From: Dictyostelium discoideum
Taxonomy: Eukaryota
Direction of reading: 5' to 3'
Length of the DNA stretch: 64,000 nucleotides
Assembly (NCBI GenBank): GCA_000004695.1
Contig: CM000154.2
Coordinates: forward strand, 4,704,001-4,768,000
This document shows, piece by piece, positions 1 to 13,088 of the stretch (position 1 is the stretch's first letter; the number at the start of each line of letters is the position of its first letter). The notes beneath the pieces are model-generated. The model was not told the origin of the DNA, searched no databases, and was given only the letters and a program-made list of their open reading frames with translations. A program made the translations under genes and the position numbers.

Positions 1-162
1 GCATTTGAAAATAAAATAAAAATTTCTCTCTCAAAATTAAATAATAATAATAATAATAACGAAGAAAATAATAATAATAATAATAACAATGAAAACAATA
101 ATTATAATAATGTACCAATTTTTCAAATTGGACAGAAGATACGTTCTTGTTGTTACTATTGA
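1..162 (+). CDS. Possible 3' end of a gene that starts upstream of the window (poly-Asn stretch, ends ...VPIFQIGQKIRSCCYY*)
   Basis: Frame 1 is open from nt 1 to a TGA at 160-162 and codes AFENKIKISLSKL-N7-EE-N8-ENNNYNNVPIFQIGQKIRSCCYY. Low complexity; no upstream part visible. Confidence 0.25.
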   Translation, partial: AFENKIKISLSKLNNNNNNNEENNNNNNNNENNNYNNVPIFQIGQKIRSCCYY

Positions 163-548
163 TAAAAAGAGAGAGAGGAAATAGAGTATTCATAATTTTA
201 AAGGAATAGATCAAAAACAATCAATTGAATTTGCTTATGGGAATTAGAAATTGAAATTCATTGATTAAATAATTTATAGGTTAATTATTCTAATATAAAA
301 ATGAAAACACTGACAATTTTCAATTCAATTTGAAGTTAAAAAGAAAATTGATTTACCAATAAATCAATGTTTAAAACTAAAATAATAATAATAATGATTA
401 AAAAGGAGATTCTCAGGGATTTTAATTTAAAATTGTAAAAAAAATGATAAAACTAAATTTGTAAACAAATAAAAATAAACTATTTATAAAATTTTAAAAT
501 GATGATATGGTGGTGTTTATTTTTATTTTACTCTTTTTTATTTATTCT

Positions 549-668
549 TTAAGCTATATCTTCTTCTACATCAAAGTAATCATCATCATCATCATCTTCA
601 TCATCATCATCTTCTTCTTCTTCTTCTTCCATTTCCACTTCTTCAACTTCTTCCTCTTCTTCATCATC

Positions 669-749
<81 letters not shown>

Positions 750-2677
750 TTCTTCATCATCTTCATCATCATTTAAAAAATCTAATTGATCGAAATCACC
801 TTGTTCAAGTGCACCATCTTCATTAATTATTAAACCACTTAAATGAGATAATAATGGTGAGAAACTTTCACCATTATTAAATAATTGTTCATCAATTCTT
901 TGATCTTGTTGTTCTTGAATTTGTTGTTCATTTTCAGAATCAAAATCAGTATCATCGAAAAGGGAAGCTTCATTGATGGTGGCATCATCGAATAATAATT
1001 TCATAAAATCTTTTTCAGACATTTTCAATTTTCTTGTGATTTTTCTAGATTCTAAAAATAATTGTAATTTATATTCAGCTTCAATAGTTTTATTTAAAGA
1101 TTGAAATTCTGATTTATCATCGGACCTATTAATACCTTCGCTTAAATTACTACTATTTGATGGTGGTAAATTGTTTTTATGATAAAATTGAAATAATTTA
1201 TCACCAAATTTATTCATTAAACTTTCCATAGTCACACGTTGAAGATAGGATAATATTTTAATTCCATTATTTGCATTGGTTACAAATGAACTACCACTAC
1301 CACCACCACCACCACCACTACCACCATATGCAGTAGAAGTAGTATTAGCAGATGATGATGATTGTGTATTATTCGATAAATGATCATCATCTTCAATATC
1401 TACGATTTGTGGTGACAAAATGTGAATGTCACTTGAATCAATTGAAGCTACAGCAATTCTAAAATCATTTAAACCACTAATTACTGAATTTCTATTACAA
1501 CTACTTTGATAATGATTATCATTGATATTATTTGCCACCGGTACTAAATGAACTGGAGATTTATGAGATACCACCCTTTTTAATACATTACCACTTTGAG
1601 TATCATAGATATAGACATGTCTATCCTCTGAGCCTGACACAATTTGACGATCGTTATTAATGAAAGAACAACCTACATTGTAGCCCATACATCTATGTTT
1701 TCTATACTCTTTGACAATACCAATGGAAGTGTTTGTTGTTATAACACGACCACTCTCTTTGTTTATCTCTACTTTACTTTCACCATCACCCAATCCTTTA
1801 ACTTTGGTGGCGGGTGAAGAAACCAATAATCTCGTATCCCAAAGTCTGATAGTATTATCACGACCACTCGATAGAATCTGACGGTCATCCATTGTCCAAT
1901 GGAGAACATTTAATTTGTTATGAGCTTGTACGCTGAAAATCGGAGTTTTGAAGCCCTCTCTAAGATCCCACATACGCATAGTACCATAACGTGCACCAGA
2001 TATGAAAACATTGTTATCGAAATGATGAAATTTCATACTGTTTATAGTATTTAAATTGCCAATACTGTCATCGGATGGATGAGCTTTATCTAATCTGAAA
2101 AAGATTTTACCATAATTCATATCCCATCCACAAATGGTCGACGATGCACAACCACTCAATAATATCGAATCATCCATTGTTAACTCCATTGATTTCAACC
2201 AATCATCATGTTCTTTAAGTGTTGTCACCAATTGAAAATTCTTATAAACTTTAATTGTATGATCTAATGAACATGTTAAAAATGAATTAAATGGTGATAT
2301 AATTGATCTCTTATAAGTTGCTTGTGATGTTTTTTGTTTTAAATATCCTTGTATTTCATTATTATTATTATTATTATTATAATTATAATTAAAACCATTA
2401 CTATTATTATTATTATTACTATTACTATTACTATTTATTGAAATTTTTTGTCTTTTATTCATTAATGACCCTATATCATCTTGATTATAATCTTCTCTAA
2501 AATTTCCATAATATTGTTCTTCATTTTCACCATACGCTTTATTAAACCAAATTGCCATTGATACAACTTGTTCATGATCTCTAATATTATATAATAATTC
2601 ACCTGAATTTGGTTCAAATATATCAACTGAATCATCTATTTAAAAATATGTTTCTTATTAATATATAGCTTTTAAAA

Positions 2678-2735
<58 letters not shown>

Positions 2736-3141
2736 TAAATAATGATTACAAACTTGTTGATAAAGCAATATATGAATTATCAGGTGACCATGAAACCCAA
2801 AATGGACATTTTGAAGGATCATACTGTATTATAGAATCTAATCCAATTTGTGATACTAATGTATCATTTAATTTTAAATATTCGCTATTTGTATTTGTAT
2901 TTCTATATGAATTTGTAGTTGTAGTTGTTGTATTTGTTGTTGTTGTATTTGTTGTTGTATTTGTAGTTGTTGAATTATTATTATTATTATTATTATTATT
3001 TACATATTCATTTAATAATTGTATCCTTTTATAGTGACCAAAATGATTTATATGAGCTAATCTAGGATTTGAACCATATAATTCTGATCTTAAAGTGTAT
3101 GCATTCAATAAGTAACTGATATCCTTATCTTTTTCATACAT
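549..3141 (-). CDS. WD40-repeat protein with a long C-terminal poly-Asp/Glu acidic tail. Two exons (3141..2754 and 2635..549). The 118-nt intron contains a (TA)n tract.
   Basis: ORF-track frames 2746..3141 and 549..2558 join through a GTTTGT donor at 2753 and an AG acceptor at 2636-2637 with matching phase (ACA A | AT GAT -> ..STS N DSVD..). The 80 nt upstream of the listed Met (2559-2635) are in frame. WD signatures include WDLREG, IRLWDTR, VYIYDTQSG and VSWSPDNSYIALS. The tail is (GAT/GAA)n read as D/E. Confidence 0.75.
2684..2730. repeat. (TA)n dinucleotide microsatellite inside the WD40 gene intron
   Basis: About 23 uninterrupted TA units. Confidence 0.9.
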
Positions 3142-3903
3142 TTTTATTTGTTTATATTTATATATATATATTTATACAATGTTTAATTTCTCGTGTGTGT
3201 GGTTTTCAATATGTACTATTTTTTTTTTTTTTTTTTTTTTATTATTTTATATTTTTTATTTTTATTATTTTTTATTATTTTTTATTTATTTTTTTATTTA
3301 TTTTAATTTTTGAAAAAATTTAGTTTTTTCTTTTTTTTTTTTACTTGGTATTTTTGTGTATACATATAAATTTATGAGGAGAAGGAGTGTGCGGATTAAT
3401 TTATTAATAAAAAGGATATTATTTTAAAAAAAATTTTAAAAAACCATCATTTTCTTCCATTTTTTTTTTTTTTTTTAATTTTTTTTTTTTTAATTTTTTT
3501 ATTTTTTAATTTTTAATTTTTTTCATTTTTTCGTTCGTTTAGTCAAAAATGGATTTTATAATTAATTTGGTTAAATAAAAAAATAAATAAAAAAAAAGTT
3601 AAAAATAAAAAATAAAAATAAATAGCAAAAAAACAAAACAAATTACAAAATAAAACAATCAAAACAAAAAAAAAAAACAAAACAAAAAAAAACAAAAATA
3701 TTTAATTATAAAAAAAAAAAAAAAAAAAAAAAATATAAAAAGTAATTTTATTATTTATTGAATATGATATAATTCAGAAAAAAAAAAAAAAAAGTTTAAT
3801 CTCATTTCTGTGATATACCAAATTATGTGAATTGATAAAAAAAGTATAAAATTAGAACACACACTAACACACATGTGAATTAATTATAAAAAACCACTTT
3901 CTG

Positions 3904-3934
<31 letters not shown>

Positions 3935-4085
3935 ATTAAAATACCAAAAAAAAAAAAAAAAAAAAAACCCCCCTATAAAAGCTTTAAAAATCCAAATGAA
4001 TTTTTTCCATTAATTAAAAATAAAATTTAAAAATTTTTAGAAAAATAACCCTTAAAAAATTAATTTAATTAATTGGCTTATTTAA

Positions 4086-4115
<30 letters not shown>

Positions 4116-4116
<1 letters not shown>

Positions 4117-4190
4117 TGATTAAAAAAATTTCAATTATTTTAATCACTCTATTTATTATCCAATTAACTAAATCAGTTTCAGTAAATAAA

Positions 4191-4259
<69 letters not shown>

Positions 4260-4770
4260 TATTTTATTGATCATTATAATTATGATTTAGATATTGATTT
4301 AACTTCTCAACAACAACAGCAATCATCATCATCATCATCTGATGCACCATTAGAACCACCATCATGTGGGGAATTATGTGTTTGTTTATATACAGAATTA
4401 AATTATCAAGGTCTTTCATATGAATATTCAATCTATTCAGGAAAAGTTGATTTACCACCCTCAATTAGAAATAATATTACTTCATTTGTGTCAAAGTATT
4501 TATTTTTATTTTATTTTTATTTTTTATTTATATATTATTTAATTTCATTGGTTTCCAACCAAATTCTATATTAATACTAATAAATTTATTTATTTATTTA
4601 TTTATTTATTTATTTGTAGTGCTGATGTATGTTTTATTACATATGACCCATATGTTACAATACAAATTTATACAGGTGAATTTTTATCAAATTTTGGAAT
4701 TGTTTTTGGTGATATTTTACAAACCTTAGCTCCTGGTTTATGTAAAGATTTACCACCAAATCAATTTTAA
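4116..4770 (+). CDS. Small secreted Cys-containing protein with an N-terminal signal peptide, a poly-Asn run and a possible beta/gamma-crystallin-like Y-x4-Y-x-G motif. Two exons (4116..4495 and 4620..4770).
   Basis: Hydrophobic N-terminus MIKKISIILITLFIIQLTKSVSV. Donor GTATTT at 4496 and acceptor tttgtAG at 4618-4619 restore the frame to ..FVSN ADVCFITYDPYVTIQIYTGEF..PPNQF*. Motif LYTELNYQGLS is present. Confidence 0.5.
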
Positions 4771-5312
4771 TCCTAACAATTGGTTATAACCAATCGTGTG
4801 TTTTGTAAATAAAATAAAAAATAAAAAAAAATAAAAAATATAAAAAAAATAGTGGATGGTATAAGTTAGAAAATAAATAAAATAAAATAAATAAAAAAAT
4901 AAGACCATTCCCAACAATTATATGTTTTCTATTTTTTTTTTTTTTCAGATTTTTTTTTTTTTTCTTTCTTTTTGTAAAAAAAAAAAAAAAAATTACGGAT
5001 ATGAATTCATTTAAAGAGTACCAATCTTTAATTTAATAAAGAATTGTTGTACAAGAAGTTAGTGTTATTAATAAAAAATTAAAAAATTAAAAATTAAAAT
5101 TTAATTAATTCTTTTTTTTTTTATTTTTTTTTTTTTATTTTTTTTTTTCAGCATGTCAAGATTTATCATTAGGTAATGAAGATGCAAATCAATTATCAGT
5201 TGATTTAAAGAAATTATTTTTATAAGAAAATCATTTATTATGGGTCAATTAGCAGGTATAACCTATTGGTACACTCAAAATGATTTAATTAAAACTTTAG
5301 AAATCTTTTATA

Positions 5313-5804
5313 ATGGGTGCACCAAAAGAATTATTATTACCAATTATGGATGAATTATCAAAAAAGCAAACTACAACAACAACTACAACTTCACCTTCAA
5401 CTTCACCTACAATACCAATGATTTTAGATGAAAATGTTAATTTTTTAAAATTTCCAATTATAGATAAAAATCATGAAATTAAAGTAATTGAATGTGGTAA
5501 AAATAATGGTGGTGGTGGTGGTGGTAGTGGTGGTGATTATTTAAATGAAATTTCAATATTTAAAAATCAAAATTTAAAAACAATGACACCATGTATAATT
5601 AAAGGTGATACAAATAATTCGGAATGTATAAATAAATGGAAAGACTTAAATTATTTTCTTTCAAATCATGGTAATAGAATTGTACCAATTGAATTAGGTC
5701 ATAATAAATTAGATTCAAAAACAAAGAAACAACAAAAACAACAACAAACTACTACTACTACATCAAATAATGATGATGATGATAATTCAATATTTTTTTT
5801 TTAA
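5313..5804 (+). CDS. Hypothetical 163-aa protein (Thr-rich and Gly-rich low complexity), single ORF
   Basis: Open frame with ATG and moderate complexity (..IKVIECGKNNGGGGGGSGGDYLNEISIFKNQNLKTMTPCIIKGDTNNSECINKWKDLNYFLSNHGNRIVPIELGH..). No recognisable domain. The overlapping upstream alternative frames could not be resolved. Confidence 0.3.
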   Translation: MGAPKELLLPIMDELSKKQTTTTTTTSPSTSPTIPMILDENVNFLKFPIIDKNHEIKVIECGKNNGGGGGGSGGDYLNEISIFKNQNLKTMTPCIIKGDTNNSECINKWKDLNYFLSNHGNRIVPIELGHNKLDSKTKKQQKQQQTTTTTSNNDDDDNSIFFF

Positions 5805-6715
5805 AAAAAAAAAAAGATCAATTGAGAGTTTTTGTGAGAATTTTTTTTTTAGGCTAGATTTATATAAAAAAGGAAATATTATTATTTTTTTTCCTATGAA
5901 ATAATCTACAAGACTAAAATTCTTTTTTTGGTTTTTCCACAAACGTGTTTTCTTATTTTGATTTCTTTTTTTTTGTTTGATTTGTGTTTGCATTTTTTAT
6001 TATGAATAAACTATTAACTAAATCAAATACTCCTATAAAATATATTAATAAACCATAAAGTTTCCATAATAAATTATTAATATTTTTATTTTTTATTATT
6101 TTTTATAATACCAAAGAAAATGGAATCACTATTGTTTGTATTTAATGAATCAATTGTTACATCAGTTCAAATATAATTTTTTTTTTTTCTTTTTTTTAAA
6201 TCACTTTTAATTTTATAAAATTTTGGTTTATTATTTTTATTATTATTTTTTTATTTTTTTTCAAATCACTTTTTTTATGGGTGTGAGTTCCAATAAACCA
6301 CATGTTGAATTTACAAACACACTCAAACACACATGAACACACATTTAAAAAAATAAGTTTTTCTTATTTTTTAACAACTCCACCATACCCCAAATTTATT
6401 TTTGGTTTATTCTATCTCAATTTAAGAATTATTTATGGTTTATTAAAATTAAAATTAGAATTAAAAAAATTATTAATTATTTATTTTTAAATTTTTTTTT
6501 TTTTTCCAAAAATTTCCCTTTTTTTTTTTTTTTTTTTTTTTATTCTCTTTATTATTATTTTATTTATATTAATTTCTATATATTCTTTATTTTAATTTCT
6601 TTTTATTATTATCTTTTATTATTTATTTTTATAATTATTATTTTTTATTTTTTATAATTAATATTTTTTTTTTTTTTTTTATTATTATTTTTACAAATAA
6701 ATAATTTTTGAAAAA

Positions 6716-8193
6716 ATGTCAATTGATATAAAATTTACAATTAATGATATTTTATTTAATCAAGAATCATTACAAAAGAAAAATAAATATACATGTCCAA
6801 TTTGTTTTGAATTTATTTATAAAAAACAAATTTATCAATGTAAATCAGGTCATCATGCATGTAAAGAATGTTGGGAGAAATCATTAGAAACAAAAAAAGA
6901 ATGTATGACTTGTAAATCAGTAGTGAATTCATATAATGATTTATCAAGATGTTTGATGGTAGAGCGTGCATTTGATAAAAAAGAATGTTGTTGTATTTAC
7001 TCATTCACCGAACAAATAGTTCAAGGTGGAACAAATTGTTCACCACCAGATGGTGCCTCAGACCAAAATCAAAGAAAATTAATAAAAGATGAAGAAAATG
7101 GTTGTAAAGAAAAAATTGAAGTTGATCAAATTGATTCTCATTTAATCAATTGTCAATATAAATTTGTTACATGTTCATTCAAAGGATGTGAAAAGATTTT
7201 AAGAATGAATTCATTAGAATCTCATCAAAATGAATGTGGTTTCAAATTGGTTATATGTGATTTCTGTAAAAGGGATGATATTAAAAAGAAGGAATTAGAA
7301 ACTCATTATAAGACATGTCCAATGGTTCCAATTGATTGCTCACAAGGTTGTTCAGTGAAAATTGAAAGGAAATCAATTATCGATCATATTGAAAATGATT
7401 GTTGTAATACTCAAATACCATGTAAATATTTTGAACAAGGTTGTAAAGTTGAGATGAAGAGATCAGAATTACAAAATCATTTGGAGAGAGTGAATCATCA
7501 AACTTACATGGGCATTCTAATTGATAAATTAACAAATCAAGTTGGCCACTCAAAGAAAACTCATGATGAACTTTTGAAAAAGATTGAAGATTTGTCATTA
7601 TTAATTATCAAATTCAGTGATGCATGTTTAAAGAAACAAGTTCTTCCAAAGGCTTTGGATATTTGTTCAAATGGGTATAGAAATAAATGGATCATTTCTA
7701 ACTATTCAAGTTTAGCAAAATCAAAATTAAATTGTAAATCATTGTCCTCTCCAATACTGTTAATACTCTCTCACCATTTTCAAGTTTGTGTTTATCCTAA
7801 AGGTGATGAAAATAAAGAATACATTTCATTATATTTAAGAGTTAATAATATTGAAGAACCAAACTCATTAAAAGTAGAATATTCATTTACATTAGTCAAT
7901 GTTTTGGATAAATCAAAATCAATTACAAAAAGAGTAGATAAAATAGGTAATTTATACAAAAATTATTATTATTATTATTATTATTATTATTTTAATTTTT
8001 AATTAATTATTATTATTATTATTATTATTTTTTTATTTTAGTTTTTATAAGTCCAAAAGAATGGGGATGGGGAAAATTCTTATTATCTGATTTAATTAAT
8101 AAAGAGAATGGTTGGTTAAGTAATGATGATAAATTAACAATAGAAATTTATATTAAAATTTTAAATGAAGAATATGAACCATTGGAGTCTTAA
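6716..8193 (+). CDS. TRAF-like protein: N-terminal RING finger, TRAF-type zinc fingers and a C-terminal MATH domain. Two exons (6716..7946 and 8042..8193).
   Basis: [28 protein letters not shown]. Repeated C-x-C..H..C TRAF-zf units ([18 protein letters not shown]). MATH-like tail [34 protein letters not shown] donor at 7947 and AG at 8040-8041 continue the MATH domain (..[47 protein letters not shown]). Confidence 0.8.
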
Positions 8194-8511
8194 ATCTTAA
8201 AAAACTGTAAACCATAAATTGATAAAATCATGTATTTCCCTATTTTTACAACTTAAAAAAAAAATATAAATAAATAAAAAAATCTTTCCAAATTATTTAA
8301 TGTTCAACTAGTTTTCAATTATTTTCTTAATAATCCTTAAACATTTTTTTTTTTTTTTTAATATGAAAAATAAAATATGCAAAAAAAAAAAATAAATAAA
8401 AAATATCCCGCCAATATTTTTTTTTTTATTTTATTTTTTTTGTTAAATAAAAAAAAAAAAAAAAAATGGTTATATACAAATTAAACACACCAAATAGAAA
8501 ATGAGGGGTAA

Positions 8512-9902
8512 TAATTTAGATTACAAAAAAGCATATGAAGAACTTTTAGAAAAAGAAAAAGAACATCAAAAAGTTCTTTTAACTTTTAGAAAAACAAAAA
8601 GCATATGAAGAACTTTTAAAAAAAGAACATCAAGAAAAAGAAAAAGCATATGAAGAACTTTTAGATAAAGAAAAAGAACTTCAAGAAAAAGAAAAAGAAA
8701 ATCAAAAAAAAAGAAAAAGAAAGATCCATCAGACATCTTATTGATAATGGCATACCAAAGTGCATTATAACATCAACATCACAATCTTCGTCAAACCATG
8801 ATTCATGTCAATTACAACCTAGCACTTGGGTTGGGATACCAAATTTTGAAGATCTTTTAGAAAAGAATGGTGATAAAGAATCAAGTGTGTTGTCTCTTTA
8901 TAGAAACTCTGATACTTTCACTGCTCGTAATGAATATGAACTATATAATTTTACAAATCCTATTATTAGAGATGCTTTGAAATTATGTGGTCTTGAACAT
9001 GAAATTTCAATTGTTTCTCAAGAAGATATTGTTGGATTACAACCAGATCATTGGTTATTAAAATCAAAAACTAATTATATTGGTTTAATTCAAGTCGAAT
9101 GTAATGAAGATTCATTTCATGAACCAAAGGTCATTGGACAAATGTTTGATTATTTAATGGATCTTTCTTATCGTTTTGGCAAATTACAAGCATTTGGACT
9201 TTTATTAACATACAACAAAGCAATGACTGTATCCACACATGATTCACTAAAATCGGCAGCTGCTAATATTCAAACATCTGCTTTACCTGATCAAATTAGC
9301 AAAACTGTAAAAAATTATTATATGAAATTTATTTAGTCAAGTATTTAGGTGGTGGAGGCGATGGACATTGCTCTTATGCATTAGCAGAAGAGGGTCATAG
9401 TTTGGTTATAAAATCTTTCAATAACACAATTAAAAAAAGAAAAGAGATGAAGAAAGAAGATTATGGCACACCATTTGGGGAATTGAAACTCATAAAAACA
9501 TATGCAGCTAAAGATCATTTGGTAATGCCATTCATAAAACCAATTGGAAATGATGATTATAATAGTACAGATTTTATGGATTTAATATCTACTGCAGCAG
9601 ATACTTTCTCAAGTAAAGGTTATGAACATATGGATTTACACATTAGACATATTTGTAAATACAAAAAAAATGAAAAATGTGAATATATATTTATTGATTT
9701 ATCAAGAGTATCAAAAGTCACAGATAAAGATCAAGCAAAACAAAGAATGATTAATTGTATTTTAAAAGATTTAGAAAAAATCAGATATAATCATAGTTTA
9801 ACCGATAACGAACAACCAAACTCTTCCATTGCCCATGCAAATCTTGAACGATTTTCCAATCCTTTTACCATTCCTTTAACTCCAAATGATAAGTCCAAGT
9901 AA
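8512..9902 (+). pseudogene. Frameshift-disrupted gene with degenerate N-terminal KAYEELLEKEKE coiled-coil repeats, a middle region, and a C-terminal atypical protein-kinase-like domain (Gly-loop YLGGGGDGHCSYALAEEGHSLVIKSF, HMDLHIRHI, IFIDLS). This could instead be an intact gene carrying a sequencing error.
   Basis: Two long open frames (about 8745-9336 and 9294-9902) overlap by 42 nt in different frames. Adding one A to the A6 run at 9309-9314 fuses them into ..DQISKTVKKLLYEIYLVKYLGGGG... The only GT..AG candidate here is 35 nt, too short for an intron. The three KAYEELL repeat units at 8520-8700 are themselves out of frame with one another. Confidence 0.4.
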
Positions 9903-10301
9903 TTTATTTAATAAATAATTAATATAAAATTGTAAATAAACGTTATTAAATTGGGTTATAGCAGTGTTGGTAAATCCAATAATAAACATCAACATTAAAA
10001 AATATCGGTAATGATGATTCATTTATTGGTGCTGCTTTAATTTCATTTAATACTTTAATGAATTTAAATAAATAAAATAATAAAAAGATGGAATATTCCA
10101 ATTTGTGTAAAAAAAAAAGGTGTGTGTTTATTTAAATAAAAACTATTTCAAATAAAATTGATAATATTTTTCTTTAAAGTTTAGAGGATATCAGCTGGAC
10201 TAACTAAATTTTCTTTTTTATCGAAATACTATTATTTTTTTAAAAAGTATATAATAAAATATATTAATTTTAGTATTTTTATTTTTTATTTATTTATTTA
10301 T

Positions 10302-11143
10302 TTATTTATTAAATAATAATACACTTACTTTTGAATCATCATTATCCCAATAAATTACAAGAGTTTTACCATCTAATTTTGATTGGATATCTTTGTAAAT
10401 TCTAATTTCATCAACAGTTGAATATACTCCAAGAGCACCTAATTATTATTATTATTATTGTTGTTGTTGGTGTTTACATTAAATTATTAGTTTTATTTGA
10501 AAAAATTAAAAATTAAAAATTAAAAAATTAAAATTTTACCTGGTTTCATTAAATTAAGTGAAATATATTCAACATCTTTTGGGAAATCAATTCTGGTTGA
10601 ATCATATTTTAAATGCATATTTTTTTTACATGGTTTACCAGTACTATCACCAGCTTTGATTTCTTTGTAATCACTGCTTTTTGGGTCCAAGTAAATTCTA
10701 ACTGCTTTATTCCATCCAGTCTTTTCGTTAACAAGGATTCTATTATTATTATAATTTTAATAATATAAAAAAAAAAAAAAAAAAAAAAATGAAATAATTA
10801 ATTAAATATTATAAACAAAAACATTTTTAATTATTGTGGGTTTTTTTTTTATTTTTTATTATAATATCTTACAATCTAAAACCACCCTTTGGTCTTTTAT
10901 CATTGAATCTTAAATATTTAACTTCTAATTTATCGGCCTCTATAATGGGTAAAAATAAATAAATAAATAAATAAATAAGTTTTAAAATAAAAATAAAAAT
11001 AATATTATAAAAAAGAGAGAAATACCTTTGTCTGGTAAAAAACCTTTGATTTTATCAATAGCTGTTGAACCAATTGCAACAATACCACCAACAGCACCAA
11101 TTGCAGCTGCGACAGTTGTTAAAGTTAATGTAATGACTACCAT
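10302..11143 (-). CDS. Small N-terminally anchored or secreted protein, copy 1 of a tandem pair. Four exons (11143..11026, 10939..10873, 10739..10540, 10438..10302).
   Basis: Exon 1 codes MVVITLTLTTVAAAIGAVGGIVAIGSTAIDKIKGFLPDK (hydrophobic anchor). Donors GTATTT, GTAAGA and GTAAAA and AG acceptors give a phase-consistent product ..EADKLEVKYLRFNDKRPKGGFRL LILVNEKTGWNKAVRIYLDPKSSDYKEIKAGDSTGKPCKKNMHLKYDSTRIDFPKDVEYISLNLMKPG ALGVYSTVDEIRIYKDIQSKLDGKTLVIYWDNDDSKVSVLLFNK*. Confidence 0.6.
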
Positions 11144-11785
11144 TTTTTTTTTTTTTTAATGATAAATTTGATTAAATAAATGAATATTTGATTTAAAAAA
11201 CAGTTATTTTAATAAAGTTTAAGTTAATTTTGATTAATTTTTTTTTTTTTTTTTTTTTTTTGACATTTTATAGTAAATTTTTTTTATTAGACTTAGATAT
11301 TATTATGCTGAGCATTTTTTTATTTTTATTTTTATTATTGGAAAATTGTTTAAAAAATAGTAAAAGCTTTGGTGATTGGTTATTTTGTAAAAAATCTTTA
11401 AATCTAAAGTTTTTTTTGAACTTGTGCGTGGTGTGAAAGTAATTTTTTTTTGTTTTTTTTTTTAAATTAAAAAAAAAAAAAAAAATGACACTTGCCAAAG
11501 ATCCAATCATCACTAAAAGATTTTTTAATTTGTAAAATTAAAAAAAAAAAAAATTATGTTGCGATTAAAATCTTTTTTTTTATTAAATTATTATATTTCA
11601 TTTATTTTAATTTTTATTTTTATTTTTTTTTAATTTTTTATAATAATTTTTTTTTTTTTTTTTTCTCTTAAGAATTTAAAAATTACGGAATCATATTATT
11701 GGATTACCAAAAGGTAAAAAAAAAAAAAAAAAAAAAAAAAGGAAATTTACGGAGTGTCTTTTTTATCATTTAAAAAAAAAAAATT

Positions 11786-11821
<36 letters not shown>

Positions 11822-12467
11822 TTTTAATAGTTGTGTAAAAAAAGAAATCATTTACCATCCTCAATTAGAAATAATATTACTTAATGTGTTAAAAATAATT
11901 TTTAAGATGTTGGAAATGGTTTTAATTTTTTTTTTTATTTTTTTTTATTTTATTTTATTTTATTTTATTTTTAATTTATTTTTTTTTACAACAGAGCCTC
12001 TTAAAATTAAGATATTAGTTTTGGGTAAATCATCAATAATTAATGTTTTTCTTACCAGATTGCGGTAATATAATTAATAATAAATTTATGAAAAATAAAA
12101 ACAAATGGCTGAGGAATGGTGTAAAAATCAATTCAACTCTATAATAATACTCATATACAATATATTGAAACTTCAACATTTAATAATTAATCATTTATTA
12201 GTGCTGCTTCAATTTCATTTAATATTAATCAATTTAAATATATAATTAAATAAATCATTGTAATATTAAAAAAATAAAAAGATGGAATATTCTTATTTAT
12301 GTAAAAAAATAATAAAAAAAAAGTGTGTGTGTTTATTTAAAATAAAATTATTTCAAATAAAATGATATTTTAGAGGATGTCAGCTGGACTAACTAAATTT
12401 TCTAGTCTATCGAAATACTATTATTTTATTAAAAAATAAAAAAAATTTATTATAGTATTTATTTATT

Positions 12468-12480
12468 TTAAAAAAAGTAA

Positions 12481-12575
<95 letters not shown>

Positions 12576-13001
12576 ACTTACTTTTGAATCATTATTATCC
12601 CAATAAATTACAAGAGTTTTACCATCTAATTTTGATTGAAGATCTTTGTTAACTCTAATTTCATTAACAGTTGAATACACTCCAAAAGCACCTATTTATT
12701 ATTTATATTATTATTATTATTGTTACATTTAAATTTTATTAGTTTTATTTTATTTTATTTTATTTGAAAATTTTTAAAAAAAAACATACCTGGTTTCATT
12801 AAATTAAGAGTAAAGTATTCAACATCTTTTGGGAAATCAATTCTAGTTGAATCGTATTTTAAATGTGTGTTTTTTTTACATTGTTTACCAGTACTATCAC
12901 CAGCTTTGATTTCTCTGTAATCACTGCCACCTGGTTTCATGTAAATTCTAACTGCTTTATTCCATCCAGTCTTTTCATTAACAAGGATTCTATTGGGTGT
13001 G

Positions 13002-13088
<87 letters not shown>

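Noticed and set aside
507-776. ORF-track entries made of poly-I, poly-M, poly-Y, poly-L, poly-V or poly-C residues (for example 507..776, 566..772, 17342..17599, 17392..17595, 17848..18156, 25818..26129, 26598..26915, 26685..26891, 46333..46659, 47044..47334, 47337..47654, 48333..48650, 49853..50548, 54753..54986)
   Set aside because: They are alternative-frame or antisense readings of (GAT/GAA)n, (AAT)n and (CAA)n tracts that are in frame as poly-Asp/Glu, poly-Asn and poly-Gln in the real genes on the other frame or strand.
5150-5265. Apparent terminal exon after a poly-T/cag acceptor (CQDLSLGNEDANQLSVDLKKLFL*) and an overlapping ATG frame (MGQLAGITYWYTQNDL..)
   Set aside because: I could not connect it with consistent phase to either the 4116-4770 gene or the 5313 ORF, so there are competing unresolved models.
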